Origin: Patescibacteria group bacterium
GTDB taxonomy: Bacteria; Patescibacteriota; Microgenomatia; Levybacterales; UBA12049
DNA length: 64,000 nt
NCBI GenBank assembly: GCA_041743715.1
Contig: JBGTMH010000004.1
Location: 1,097-65,096, forward strand
Direction: 5' to 3'
Part shown: piece after piece, positions 26,922 to 35,492 of the stretch
How the letters are laid out: every line of letters begins with the position of its first letter
Numbering within the stretch: the stretch's first letter is position 1
Notes under the pieces: model-generated
The model's database searches: none
The model's input: only the letters and a program-made list of their open reading frames with translations
What the model was told of the DNA's origin: nothing
Made by a program: the position numbers and the translations under genes

Positions 26922-27685
26922 CAAAACCGGACCAAACAAAAAGTACTGCTGATGTGAGTGCAAAGCTGTTTGTTGAAAAATTAAATACGTACCGTTCGAG
27001 CGCCGAACGTAAGAAGTATCATAAGTTATTTCCCATCGATGAAGATCAGTCTCATGGCGGGGATACGTTTATTGGTGTGCGGATGGGGCTGGTCTTTGCA
27101 CTTGCCAAAGAGTTTATAGACATGCCTCTTCGCGAAATCGAAAAACTACTCGAAAGCCCGATACATGAGGTACGGGTTGGGGCGGTGAGTATTATGGACT
27201 TCCAAGCACGGAGCAAAAAAACAACGGACGAGCGAAGACACGAACTATTCGATCTCTATATAAGACGTCATGATCGAATTAACACCTGGGATCTCGTTGA
27301 CCGAAGCGCAATATATGTCGTCGGCAGCTACTTGTTTGATAAGCCACGTGATATTTTGTACAAGCTGGCACGCTCTAAAAATATATGGGAACGCCGCACT
27401 GCCATGGTGAGCACAGCATATTTTATTAAAAAAGATGAGACAGACGATGCTTTTAAGATCGCTGAACTGTTGCTTACCGACGATCAGGATTTGATTCATA
27501 AAGCTACTGGATGGATGCTGCGTTATGCCGGTGATAAGGATCGCTCCAAACTCGTAAGCTTTTTAGATAAACATGCAGCCACAATGCCACGTACTGCTTT
27601 GCGTTATGCAATTGAACATTTTGATAAAGAACAGCGTGGGCACTATTTGGGTATAAAGGAAAATGAACTTCATATAAAATCCTAA
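26918..27685 (+). CDS. DNA alkylation repair (AlkD-like HEAT-repeat) protein
   Basis: ATGA overlap with the UvrA-like gene. FIGVRMG...HEVRVGAV...WDLVD...NIWERRTAMV...HKATGWMLR pattern of the AlkD/PF08713-type family. Confidence 0.7.
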   Translation: MTKPDQTKSTADVSAKLFVEKLNTYRSSAERKKYHKLFPIDEDQSHGGDTFIGVRMGLVFALAKEFIDMPLREIEKLLESPIHEVRVGAVSIMDFQARSKKTTDERRHELFDLYIRRHDRINTWDLVDRSAIYVVGSYLFDKPRDILYKLARSKNIWERRTAMVSTAYFIKKDETDDAFKIAELLLTDDQDLIHKATGWMLRYAGDKDRSKLVSFLDKHAATMPRTALRYAIEHFDKEQRGHYLGIKENELHIKS

Positions 27686-27742
27686 CACAGTTCCTCAGTA
27701 TGCGATGGTATAATTTTGGAAGAAAGGGGGTGAAAAATAATT

Positions 27743-28171
27743 ATGACAAATAACAATAAAACAACAGATGAAGTCCAAGTCCGAAATCTCATTGAGAATT
27801 GGGCGCATGCGATAAGTTCAGGGGACAGGGCGGCGATTCTCGCTCACCATTCTCCAGAAATGTTCATGTTCGACTTCCCCTCTCCGTTGGTTCGGGGGAT
27901 CGACGCCTACGATAATCAGTGGGACTTCTTTTACAAGGCACCGAAGGGGCCAATCAGTTTCGTTCCAAGCGAGTTGGAGGTGACGGCTGGTGACGATGTC
28001 GCATTCGCATATTGCCAGATCCGTTGTGAGGGTACATCAGCCGGCCCGCTCGATCTTCGATTGACCGTCGGGCTTCGCAAGATCGATGGCGAGTGGATGG
28101 TAATACATGAACACCACTCCGTTCCTACTCGTGAGGAGAGATTCTTGAATCCGAACGCTGCTGTTGACTGA
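27743..28171 (+). CDS. SnoaL-like/NTF2-fold (DUF4440-type) protein
   Basis: 142 aa; VRNLIENWAHAISSGD...GEWMVIHEHHS. Visibly GC-richer than its neighbours. Confidence 0.65.
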   Translation: MTNNNKTTDEVQVRNLIENWAHAISSGDRAAILAHHSPEMFMFDFPSPLVRGIDAYDNQWDFFYKAPKGPISFVPSELEVTAGDDVAFAYCQIRCEGTSAGPLDLRLTVGLRKIDGEWMVIHEHHSVPTREERFLNPNAAVD

Positions 28172-28184
28172 ACATCTAGAGATG

Positions 28185-28215
28185 CGCTTTCCCTTTCAAC
28201 AAGAAAGGGAAAGCG
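28185..28215 (+). terminator. 13-bp perfect hairpin after the SnoaL-like gene
   Basis: cgctttccctttc-aacaa-gaaagggaaagcg. There is no clear T tract, so its function as a terminator is uncertain. Confidence 0.4.
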
Positions 28216-28519
28216 AGCAAACAGGTTCAGGTCAAATAGCGTGTAATACAATGACATTTAAAAATGGGGTAGTTTTACCTAAGTATTAATCTGTGGGGAA
28301 GTGGATCATGGCAAAAAACGCAAAAGTGAAATTGACACAAAATAGCAACAACCCCAAAAGATTGGCCAAAGCTGGTTGCTAAATTAAAACAACTGAACCT
28401 TCAGCCTCACGACTGGTCTCCCGAAGACATCGCTACCCTGAAAGAGTGTTGTGGGCGTACGAGTTTTTGGCAAAAAGTTGAATCTTTCCTAAACTGCCAT
28501 AGTGATGTATCATACATTT

Positions 28520-29314
28520 ATGAACATAGCGACAGTCGTTTCAGATACCGTATGGAAAGATGCACGGAAGAATATTGAACAAACTGAACGTCATGTCGTT
28601 GAGGTTTTACGTTTATACCCGAAGACACAGATTATCCTATTCCCTGAAATTAGTTTGGCAGGCTTTGTTGTTGATGCAAGTAATCAAGAAGTTGCAGAAC
28701 CCATGGATGGGTATTGTGTAACTGAGGTGAAACGTATCGCAAAGAATTATAGTGTCACACTTATTTGCGGCATGATAGAGAAGAATATGGATGGCAAGCC
28801 CTACAATACACAATTTGTCGTATCGAATAAGGGAGCACTCATAACGAAATATCGCAAAAATCACCTGTATACTCAGTCAACGGAACCCGATGTTTTTTCT
28901 GCTGGGGAAGACTTAGCGGTGTTTAATCTGGAAGGATGGAAGTGCGGTCTTGCTACGTGTTTTGATATCCGTTTCCCACGACTATTCGAAGCGTACAAGA
29001 AAGCAGGGGTGGAATGTATGTTTGCTGGTTTTAATTGGGTACATGGACGCAACAAGCCTGCTATTATGGAGCATCTTGTCAAAACCAGAGCACATGAAAA
29101 TCAATATTTCTTTGCAGCAGTTGACCGAACAGGTTCAGACCCTAATACGACATACTACGGCACAAGCATGATTGTTAATCCTTATTCTGAGGATGTGGCG
29201 CAGCGACAAGATATATATTCTTACGCAGAAATCAGCAAAGACGATATAACGAATTTGGGTAAGACTTTACCTTTGAGTGGAAGTTTTAAAGCAGCATATC
29301 ATATTCTTGAATAG
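28520..29314 (+). CDS. Carbon-nitrogen hydrolase (nitrilase superfamily)
   Basis: Glu-Lys-Cys triad contexts FPEISLAGF, YRKNHLY and GLATCFDIRFP. ATG 28520 is preferred over GTG 28502. Confidence 0.8.
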   Translation: MNIATVVSDTVWKDARKNIEQTERHVVEVLRLYPKTQIILFPEISLAGFVVDASNQEVAEPMDGYCVTEVKRIAKNYSVTLICGMIEKNMDGKPYNTQFVVSNKGALITKYRKNHLYTQSTEPDVFSAGEDLAVFNLEGWKCGLATCFDIRFPRLFEAYKKAGVECMFAGFNWVHGRNKPAIMEHLVKTRAHENQYFFAAVDRTGSDPNTTYYGTSMIVNPYSEDVAQRQDIYSYAEISKDDITNLGKTLPLSGSFKAAYHILE

Positions 29315-29432
29315 GCTTACTTCCAGCTCAGGTGTCATTCTGCTTGTCTATCAACCAGCATTTCTCGCAAAAGCGTCGTCGAAGAAGGCGTGAAAGAAGG
29401 CGAAGTAATTAATAGGAAAAAAGGTTAGTAAT

Positions 29433-30983
29433 ATGACAATGAGAAAGAAAAATATATCTTCTGTGAATCCTACTATTTCTCCTCGAGCCGGACTTCGAGA
29501 GTGGATAGGACTCGCCGTGATCGCTCTTCCTAGTATGCTCTACTCCATGGACCTAACGGTTTTGAACCTCGCCGTGCCGTCCCTTAGTGCTGATCTCAAA
29601 CCAACCAGCTCCCAACTTTTGTGGATTGTCGATATATACGGATTCATGCTGGCCGGGTTTCTGATCACGATGGGAACTTTGGGTGATCGGATCGGTCGTC
29701 GCCGGCTGCTGCTGATCGGCGCCGCTGCGTTTGGCGTAGCCTCTGTCCTCGCTGCGTTTTCAACGAGTGCAGAGATGCTTATCGTGACTCGCGCGTTGCT
29801 CGGTATTGCTGGTGCGACTCTCGCGCCGTCTACCTTGTCCTTGATTCGCAACATGTTTCACGACCCAAGGCAGAGGACGGTCGCAATGGGTGTGTGGATT
29901 TCCAGCTACTCGCTTGGTGCTGCGATTGGTCCGTTGATCGGAGGGTTGCTGCTGGAGTACTTTTGGTGGGGTTCGGTGTTCCTAGTGGGTGTGCCAGTGA
30001 TGGTGCTACTTTTGATAGTTGGTCCGGTGTTGCTTCCTGAGTTCCGTGATCCCAAGGCGGGCAGGCTGGATCTGACAAGCGCAGCGCTGTCGTTGGCTGC
30101 TGTGCTAGCAGTGATCTACGGCCTCAAGCAGTTCGTTCAAGATGGCTTTGGGTGGCTGCCTGCGATGTTCATCGTGGCAGGATTGACGGCTGGAGTCGTG
30201 TTCGCCCGTAGGCAACGAATGCTGGCTGATCCGCTGATTGACTTCAAACTCTTCCGGTCGAAAGTGTTCACCGCATCCCTGGTTGTGTATACGCTCGTCA
30301 GTTTCATTGAGTTTGGATTCTTAATTTTCTTCGCACAGTACTTGCAGTTGGTACTCGGTATGGGGCCTTTGGAATCAGGTTTGTGGATGATACCTTCGGC
30401 CTGCGCGTTTATTATCGGCTCAATGGTGACGCCTATTATCGTACGGAGGGTTCGACCAGAGTTTGTGATGAGCGCAGGACTCACACTTTCGGCCGTCGGC
30501 TTTGGGGTGATTGCTACAGTGGACGGGACATCCGGGGTCTTGGTCCTCGTGGCTGGGTCGGTTATCTATTCTCTGGGTCTCGCTCCAGCGTTCACTTTGG
30601 CAACAGACTTAATCGTCGGAAATTCTTCTCCCGAACGTGCAGGCGCCGCGGCAGCGATTTCCGAGACAGGCTCCGAATTCGGTGGTGCGCTCGGTATCGC
30701 GATGCTTGGCAGCATCGGGGTTGCCATCTATCGAACAAATCTGAACGATGCTCTTCCTGCAGGTATTCCACCAGAAAGCGCAGCGATGGCGCGTGACAGC
30801 TTCGGCGCCGCTGTAAGTATTGCAATGCAATTGCAAGATGAACTTGGTACCACACTTCTGGAGGTCTCTCGTAACGCCTTTGTCCAAGGGATGCAGGTAA
30901 CCTCTGTCGTCAGTTCAGCCATCTCGATAACAGCTGCAGTCTTTATAGTGGTCATGCTGCGGAAAGCACGCAAAGGCACTTGA
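29433..30983 (+). CDS. MFS transporter, 14-TM DHA2 (EmrB/QacA)-like drug:H+ antiporter
   Basis: 516 aa with MGTLGDRIGRRRLLLIG (motif A) and about 14 hydrophobic segments. Strongly GC-rich relative to its flanks. Confidence 0.8.
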   Translation: MTMRKKNISSVNPTISPRAGLREWIGLAVIALPSMLYSMDLTVLNLAVPSLSADLKPTSSQLLWIVDIYGFMLAGFLITMGTLGDRIGRRRLLLIGAAAFGVASVLAAFSTSAEMLIVTRALLGIAGATLAPSTLSLIRNMFHDPRQRTVAMGVWISSYSLGAAIGPLIGGLLLEYFWWGSVFLVGVPVMVLLLIVGPVLLPEFRDPKAGRLDLTSAALSLAAVLAVIYGLKQFVQDGFGWLPAMFIVAGLTAGVVFARRQRMLADPLIDFKLFRSKVFTASLVVYTLVSFIEFGFLIFFAQYLQLVLGMGPLESGLWMIPSACAFIIGSMVTPIIVRRVRPEFVMSAGLTLSAVGFGVIATVDGTSGVLVLVAGSVIYSLGLAPAFTLATDLIVGNSSPERAGAAAAISETGSEFGGALGIAMLGSIGVAIYRTNLNDALPAGIPPESAAMARDSFGAAVSIAMQLQDELGTTLLEVSRNAFVQGMQVTSVVSSAISITAAVFIVVMLRKARKGT

Positions 30984-31024
30984 GTAGAGAAAAAGTAATG
31001 TAAGGTACAAAGGAAAAAAAGAGC

Positions 31025-31687
31025 ATGAAAAAAATACAGTTTCCATCAAAAGACGGTTTACCAATTACAGCAGATCTGTATTTGGCGCAGAAACCTAAAG
31101 GATGTATATTACTGTGTCATCGGTCGCATTTTAATAGAGGCGAATATAAAGACACTGCTTTAAAACTTCAGGAATTAGGATTTACTTGCATGGCTATTGA
31201 TCAACGTTCTGGCATGAATGTGTATGGAGTGATCAATGAAACTTCGACGCTTGCCAAAAAGAAGGGTCTCCCAACAGGTTACTTAGATGCAAGGCAAGAT
31301 ATTGAAGCTTCTATAGAGTACCTCTACGAATTTAACCATAAGGAACCAATTATTTTGATCGGAAGTTCATATGCAGCATCACTTGCTTTGCTTATCTCAT
31401 GCCATACTGACAAAGTGAAAGCTGTAGCTGCATTTAGCCCGGGGGAATATTTAAAAGGTATAAATTTAGCTGAGTCAATCAAAGCTTTGACAAAACCAAC
31501 ATACATTACTTCAGCAAAAAAAGAGGTTCGTGAAGTAGCACAGGTCCTAAGATATATAGATCCAAAATATATTACATATTTCAAACCTGGTGTAGAAGGC
31601 TTTCATGGTTCAAAAGTTCTTTGGCAGACGAGCCGTGGTAATGAAATCTATTGGAAATCGTTTCAGCAGTTTTTGTTGAATCTATAA
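31025..31687 (+). CDS. alpha/beta hydrolase (dienelactone-hydrolase-like)
   Basis: 220 aa with nucleophile elbow GSSYAA. Confidence 0.6.
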   Translation: MKKIQFPSKDGLPITADLYLAQKPKGCILLCHRSHFNRGEYKDTALKLQELGFTCMAIDQRSGMNVYGVINETSTLAKKKGLPTGYLDARQDIEASIEYLYEFNHKEPIILIGSSYAASLALLISCHTDKVKAVAAFSPGEYLKGINLAESIKALTKPTYITSAKKEVREVAQVLRYIDPKYITYFKPGVEGFHGSKVLWQTSRGNEIYWKSFQQFLLNL

Positions 31688-31725
31688 GTTTTCCTTACTT
31701 TTACCCTCCAAACGTACTATTGTAT

Positions 31726-32673
31726 TTAAAAAGCTCTCAATAGTGAGGCAAAGAAACCAATTATTAAAGCGATGATGGTGAGTAAGAAACCAATAAAACC
31801 TGTTCCACTTCCTGATCCTGGATTGCTTGTAGGAGGAGAAGTGATAACCGGTGCTGTGGTAGGTACTACTACTGAAGTGGGTGCAGGAGGAGATGTCGGG
31901 TCAGTACCAGCAGGCGAAGTAGGAGCAGCAGTCGGGTCTGTTCCTGGAGGTTCAGTGGGCACGCAATTATTTGAACCACCACAAACATATGTTGGTGTTA
32001 TTTCGGTTGGTGCAGGAAGACTTGTTGGACTGGCCGTACCGGCTGAAGGAGAACAGCAGAGCTGCGCTGCTGGACAATCTTGTTGTCCATTGTTTGTTTC
32101 GTTGGCTGGATCACACCCTTCACTTGAAGGATAACAGAGACCTTGTAATTGTTCACATTGGGGAGGAGTATTGATCTGACAACATGATGCGTACCCATTT
32201 GAGCTGCAATCTGATTCTCCTAAATCTTGTTCACCCGTTTGACAGGTTCCTTTTTGGGTGCAATAACCCTTTTGGGCGTTACAGTTCTCTCCGGTACCTA
32301 TTCCAGGTTTTAGTGTACAGCAGACTTCTCCTGTATTACAATCGTTTTGTCCTCCATCTACTTCTAAATCAGGATTACACCCTTCTGTCGTAGGATAACA
32401 TGCCCCTTTCGCTGCGTGGCAAGCATCTCCCACGGCGGAAGTTGAAACATTAAATTTTCTATTTTGGAGCTTATGTAAAGAAAAATCAGAAGCTTTTGTG
32501 TAGGTAGTTTGGGGTGAGTCTTTTTGACCTTGTACAATCAAAAGTGTAATAACAATAGAAAACAGAAGCAGACACACGAGTAAAATTTTCTTGTTTATTT
32601 TCACAATTGGTTTTGTTATTTTTTGAGAAACTGCGCTTGATTTTTTAAGTGGCTTTTTTATAAGCTTTGGCAT
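31726..32673 (-). CDS. Secreted cysteine-rich triple-repeat protein with Pro/Thr-rich stalk and C-terminal membrane anchor
   Basis: N-terminal TM/signal segment. Three ~40-aa Cys-rich repeats (C..AKGACYPTTEGCNP...DCNTGEVCC; C..QKGYC...DCSSNGYASCC; C..LQGLCYPSSEGCDP...DCPAAQLCC). Then a PT-rich region with repeated GTDPT..PTSP, and a hydrophobic tail GFIGFLLTIIALIIGFF. Confidence 0.65.
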   Translation of the reverse strand: MPKLIKKPLKKSSAVSQKITKPIVKINKKILLVCLLLFSIVITLLIVQGQKDSPQTTYTKASDFSLHKLQNRKFNVSTSAVGDACHAAKGACYPTTEGCNPDLEVDGGQNDCNTGEVCCTLKPGIGTGENCNAQKGYCTQKGTCQTGEQDLGESDCSSNGYASCCQINTPPQCEQLQGLCYPSSEGCDPANETNNGQQDCPAAQLCCSPSAGTASPTSLPAPTEITPTYVCGGSNNCVPTEPPGTDPTAAPTSPAGTDPTSPPAPTSVVVPTTAPVITSPPTSNPGSGSGTGFIGFLLTIIALIIGFFASLLRAF

Positions 32674-32782
32674 AGCTCACTTAATCGTAAAGTATAGAGT
32701 ATTGTGTGTCAAGCCGAGGGGATTGCCCTAAGACTTTGAAACTCTCTTGACGGAGACTTGATAATTCGGTAAGATCTTTTTT

Positions 32783-32935
32783 ATGAGCAAGGTCTTTGGA
32801 GGAATGGCGGCAAGTCTTGATGGATATATTCAATCCAAAAGCGGTGATTTATCATGGTTGAATAATGCAATGGCAAAGGGTGAGGATTATGGGTTTGAGA
32901 AAACTATGAAGAGAACGGGAGCTTATATCATGTAA
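32783..32935 (+). pseudogene. N-terminal fragment of a RibD_C/dihydrofolate-reductase-like gene
   Basis: The 50-aa ORF MSKVFGGMAASLDGYIQSKSGDLSWL... parallels the N-terminus of the full-length paralogue at 33631 (NLVSLDGFFAGEDGNIDW) but stops after 50 codons. Confidence 0.5.
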
Positions 32936-32979
32936 ACCATATAAATCAGGTATTGTAATTTTAAACTACAGACTCAAAA

Positions 32980-33588
32980 ATGACTAATCCTAAAGAAAAA
33001 AACACTATTCCTCCCCGACTAGAGCTTTTCAGTGACGCTGTTTTTGCTATCATCATTACCATCATGGTTTTAGAATTGCACCCACCGGAAGGAAATCAAT
33101 TACAGGATTTATATCCGCTGCTACCGGTGTTTTTAAGTTATGCGTTAAGCTTTATCTATCTGATAATATACTGGAATAACCATCATCATTTGCTAAAGAC
33201 GATGGATACGCCCAACGGTAAAATTATGTGGGCGAATGCTTTGCTTCTTTTTTGTCTGTCACTGATCCCTTTTACTACTGCTTGGATAGGAATATTCCCC
33301 GGTGAATCAGTTCCTACTATTGTGTATGGGTCTGTGTTTTTGGCTTCAACAATTGCTTATACGATTCTTGAACAGGCAATTATAGAAACCGAAGGAAAAG
33401 ATTCAGTACTTGCCAAAGCGCTTGGAAGAGATAGTAAAGGCATTATTTCTCTTATTACCAATGTCGCTGCTATTGGAGTGGCATTTTTAAATCCTTGGAT
33501 TTCGTATGTCTTATTTGCTGGGGCGGCGTTTATGTGGATGCTGCCTGATCCCAGAATTGAGACACAGTTAAAGAAAAAGAAAGAGTAA
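32980..33588 (+). CDS. TMEM175/DUF1211 family potassium channel homologue
   Basis: RLELFSDAVFAIIITIMVLEL signature and 6 TM helices. Confidence 0.8.
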   Translation: MTNPKEKNTIPPRLELFSDAVFAIIITIMVLELHPPEGNQLQDLYPLLPVFLSYALSFIYLIIYWNNHHHLLKTMDTPNGKIMWANALLLFCLSLIPFTTAWIGIFPGESVPTIVYGSVFLASTIAYTILEQAIIETEGKDSVLAKALGRDSKGIISLITNVAAIGVAFLNPWISYVLFAGAAFMWMLPDPRIETQLKKKKE

Positions 33589-33630
33589 TCTTACAAAATT
33601 CTGTTTGTTTTTTTGCAAAAGTGACAGACA

Positions 33631-34206
33631 ATGAATAGTATGAGAAAAATAGTTATGTTCAATTTGGTATCACTTGACGGCTTCTTTGCAGGAGAGGACG
33701 GGAATATCGATTGGCATGTCGTGGATGATGAGTTCAATAAGGCTGCTGTTGCAATGATTAAGCCTTTTGATACGATTCTCTTCGGACGAGTGACGTATCA
33801 ACTTTTTGAAAGTTACTGGCCAGGTGCTGCGAAAGATCCTGCGATTTCAAAGGAAGATCGTATCATTGCCAACAAAATAAACAAGATGACCAAAGTAGTT
33901 TTTTCAAAAACACTGAAAAAGATTACGTGGGAGCACTCGAAACTCGTTACGGGTGATCTTCGGAAAGAAGTCGCAAAGTTAAAAGAACAGGATGGTCGGG
34001 ACATAATCATATACGGTAGCGGTACGATTGTGCAGCAACTAACTAACTTAGGTCTCATTGATGAATATCAGCTCATGGTCAATCCGGTTATCTTGGGCAA
34101 AGGAAAACCATTATTTAAAGTTATGAAAGATAAGCTTAATTTGAAACTTTTCAAAACAAAGACGTTTGTTTCAGGAAACGTTTTACTTTCTTATAAGTTA
34201 TCGTAG
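33631..34206 (+). CDS. Dihydrofolate-reductase-like (RibD C-terminal domain) family protein
   Basis: VSLDGFFAG...ILFGRVTYQLFESYWP...IIYGSGTIVQQL. Confidence 0.75.
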   Translation: MNSMRKIVMFNLVSLDGFFAGEDGNIDWHVVDDEFNKAAVAMIKPFDTILFGRVTYQLFESYWPGAAKDPAISKEDRIIANKINKMTKVVFSKTLKKITWEHSKLVTGDLRKEVAKLKEQDGRDIIIYGSGTIVQQLTNLGLIDEYQLMVNPVILGKGKPLFKVMKDKLNLKLFKTKTFVSGNVLLSYKLS

Positions 34207-34225
34207 TTTTTCTATTGTTTTGGTT

Positions 34226-34561
34226 ATGCAATTTCTTGTAATTGGAAAAGATGGTACAGATGAAAAGGCAATGGAGCGCAGGAAGGTCGCGAGGCAAGCT
34301 CACTTAGATTTGGGTGAAGAGATGCGGCAAGCTGGGAGCAGATGGTATGGATCTGTATTGGTGGATGATAACAATACAATGATTGGTTCAATGGCGGTGA
34401 TGGATTTTCCATCAGAGAAAGAACTGCAAGAATGGCTTGATCGAGAACCATATGTAACTGGAGAGGTATGGAAATCGGTTGAAGTTATTAAGTGCAATGT
34501 CAAAAAACCATGGCAGTTTAATCGACCGCAGTCCTTCTTTGAATCAAAAACAAATATGTAA
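34226..34561 (+). CDS. YciI family protein
   Basis: MQFLVIGKDGTDEKAMERRKVARQAHLDL...EPYVTGEVW. ATG 34226 is preferred over the longer track ORF, which overlaps the upstream gene. Confidence 0.7.
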   Translation: MQFLVIGKDGTDEKAMERRKVARQAHLDLGEEMRQAGSRWYGSVLVDDNNTMIGSMAVMDFPSEKELQEWLDREPYVTGEVWKSVEVIKCNVKKPWQFNRPQSFFESKTNM

Positions 34562-34637
34562 GATCATAACCTCTTACACAAATATTACTGAATTATGGTT
34601 TTCAGACGTGTTCTTCCCCCTATAATAACTGAACTGT

Positions 34638-35480
34638 ATGGCTAATTGGGGTAAAATATTGAGTCGAGGAAATGTTGAAGATAGGCGGTCGATGGCACCG
34701 GCTGCTATTGGTGGTATTAGTCTGACTGGGTTGGCTTTGGTACTATTATATAATGTGCTCGCGGGTGGAGACGTGACGGATGTGTTGAATCAACTGGAAA
34801 ATATTCCAGTTGAACAGCAAGAGAATGTGCAGAAAGAAGAATTTACGGGTCAGGATAGTTATGAGGTATTTGCATCAACGGTATTGGGTTCAAATAATGA
34901 GATGTGGTCTAAGTTATTCGGTAAAACAAACCATACATATACGCCACCGAAATTAGTATTGTTCCGTACAGCTACCCAGTCAGCCTGTGGCAGCGCAGTT
35001 TCGGAAGTGGGACCACATTATTGTCCGGTCGACAAAACGATATATTTGGATGAAACTTTTTTTGACGAATTACAGAAGCGGTTTGGTGCCAAAGGGGGAG
35101 ATGTGGCAGAAGCATATGTCATCGCCCACGAAGTTGGTCACCATGCGCAAAATGAATTTCAGATTATGGAGGAAGTGCAACGGACACAACAATCAGATCC
35201 GGATCGTGCCAATAATTTGTCCATAAAACTCGAGTTGCAAGCGGATTGTTTTGCGGGTTTATGGGCACATTCAATCCGTGATTTAGATGTATTTATGCCC
35301 GGTGAGATCAGTGAAGCGATGGATGCTGCAGCAGCGGTGGGAGATGACAGGATTCAGAAAAAAGTAACAGGATACCAAAATCCTGAGACATGGACGCACG
35401 GTTCAAGCGAGCAAAGGGCCATGTGGTTTAATCGAGGATTTGAGTCAGGGACACTTTCTGTGTGTAATACGTTTCAATAA
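34638..35480 (+). CDS. ypfJ: Neutral zinc metallopeptidase (YpfJ-like)
   Basis: N-terminal GNVEDRRS, one TM helix, and HExxH in AHEVGHHAQN...LELQADCFAG. Confidence 0.8.
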   Translation: MANWGKILSRGNVEDRRSMAPAAIGGISLTGLALVLLYNVLAGGDVTDVLNQLENIPVEQQENVQKEEFTGQDSYEVFASTVLGSNNEMWSKLFGKTNHTYTPPKLVLFRTATQSACGSAVSEVGPHYCPVDKTIYLDETFFDELQKRFGAKGGDVAEAYVIAHEVGHHAQNEFQIMEEVQRTQQSDPDRANNLSIKLELQADCFAGLWAHSIRDLDVFMPGEISEAMDAAAAVGDDRIQKKVTGYQNPETWTHGSSEQRAMWFNRGFESGTLSVCNTFQ

Positions 35481-35492
35481 AGGATAGTCTCG

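Noticed and set aside
28308-28500. A 24-codon ORF (MAKNAKVKLTQNSNNPKRLAKAGC*), followed in another frame by protein-like sequence (...QPHDWSPEDIATLKECCGRTSFWQKVESFLN...).
   Set aside because: There is no intact start-to-stop gene, and the frames are broken. I treat it as a probable gene remnant at an insertion junction rather than a functional feature.
29540-30979. Seven track ORFs (82-137 aa) on both strands inside the MFS gene: 29540-29854, 29830-30078, 30137-30484, 30383-30796, 30592-30855, 30609-30887 and 30728-30979.
   Set aside because: All overlap the 516-aa MFS reading frame, which has clear transporter motifs. Their Arg/Ser/Pro-rich translations are typical of stop-poor alternative frames in GC-rich DNA.
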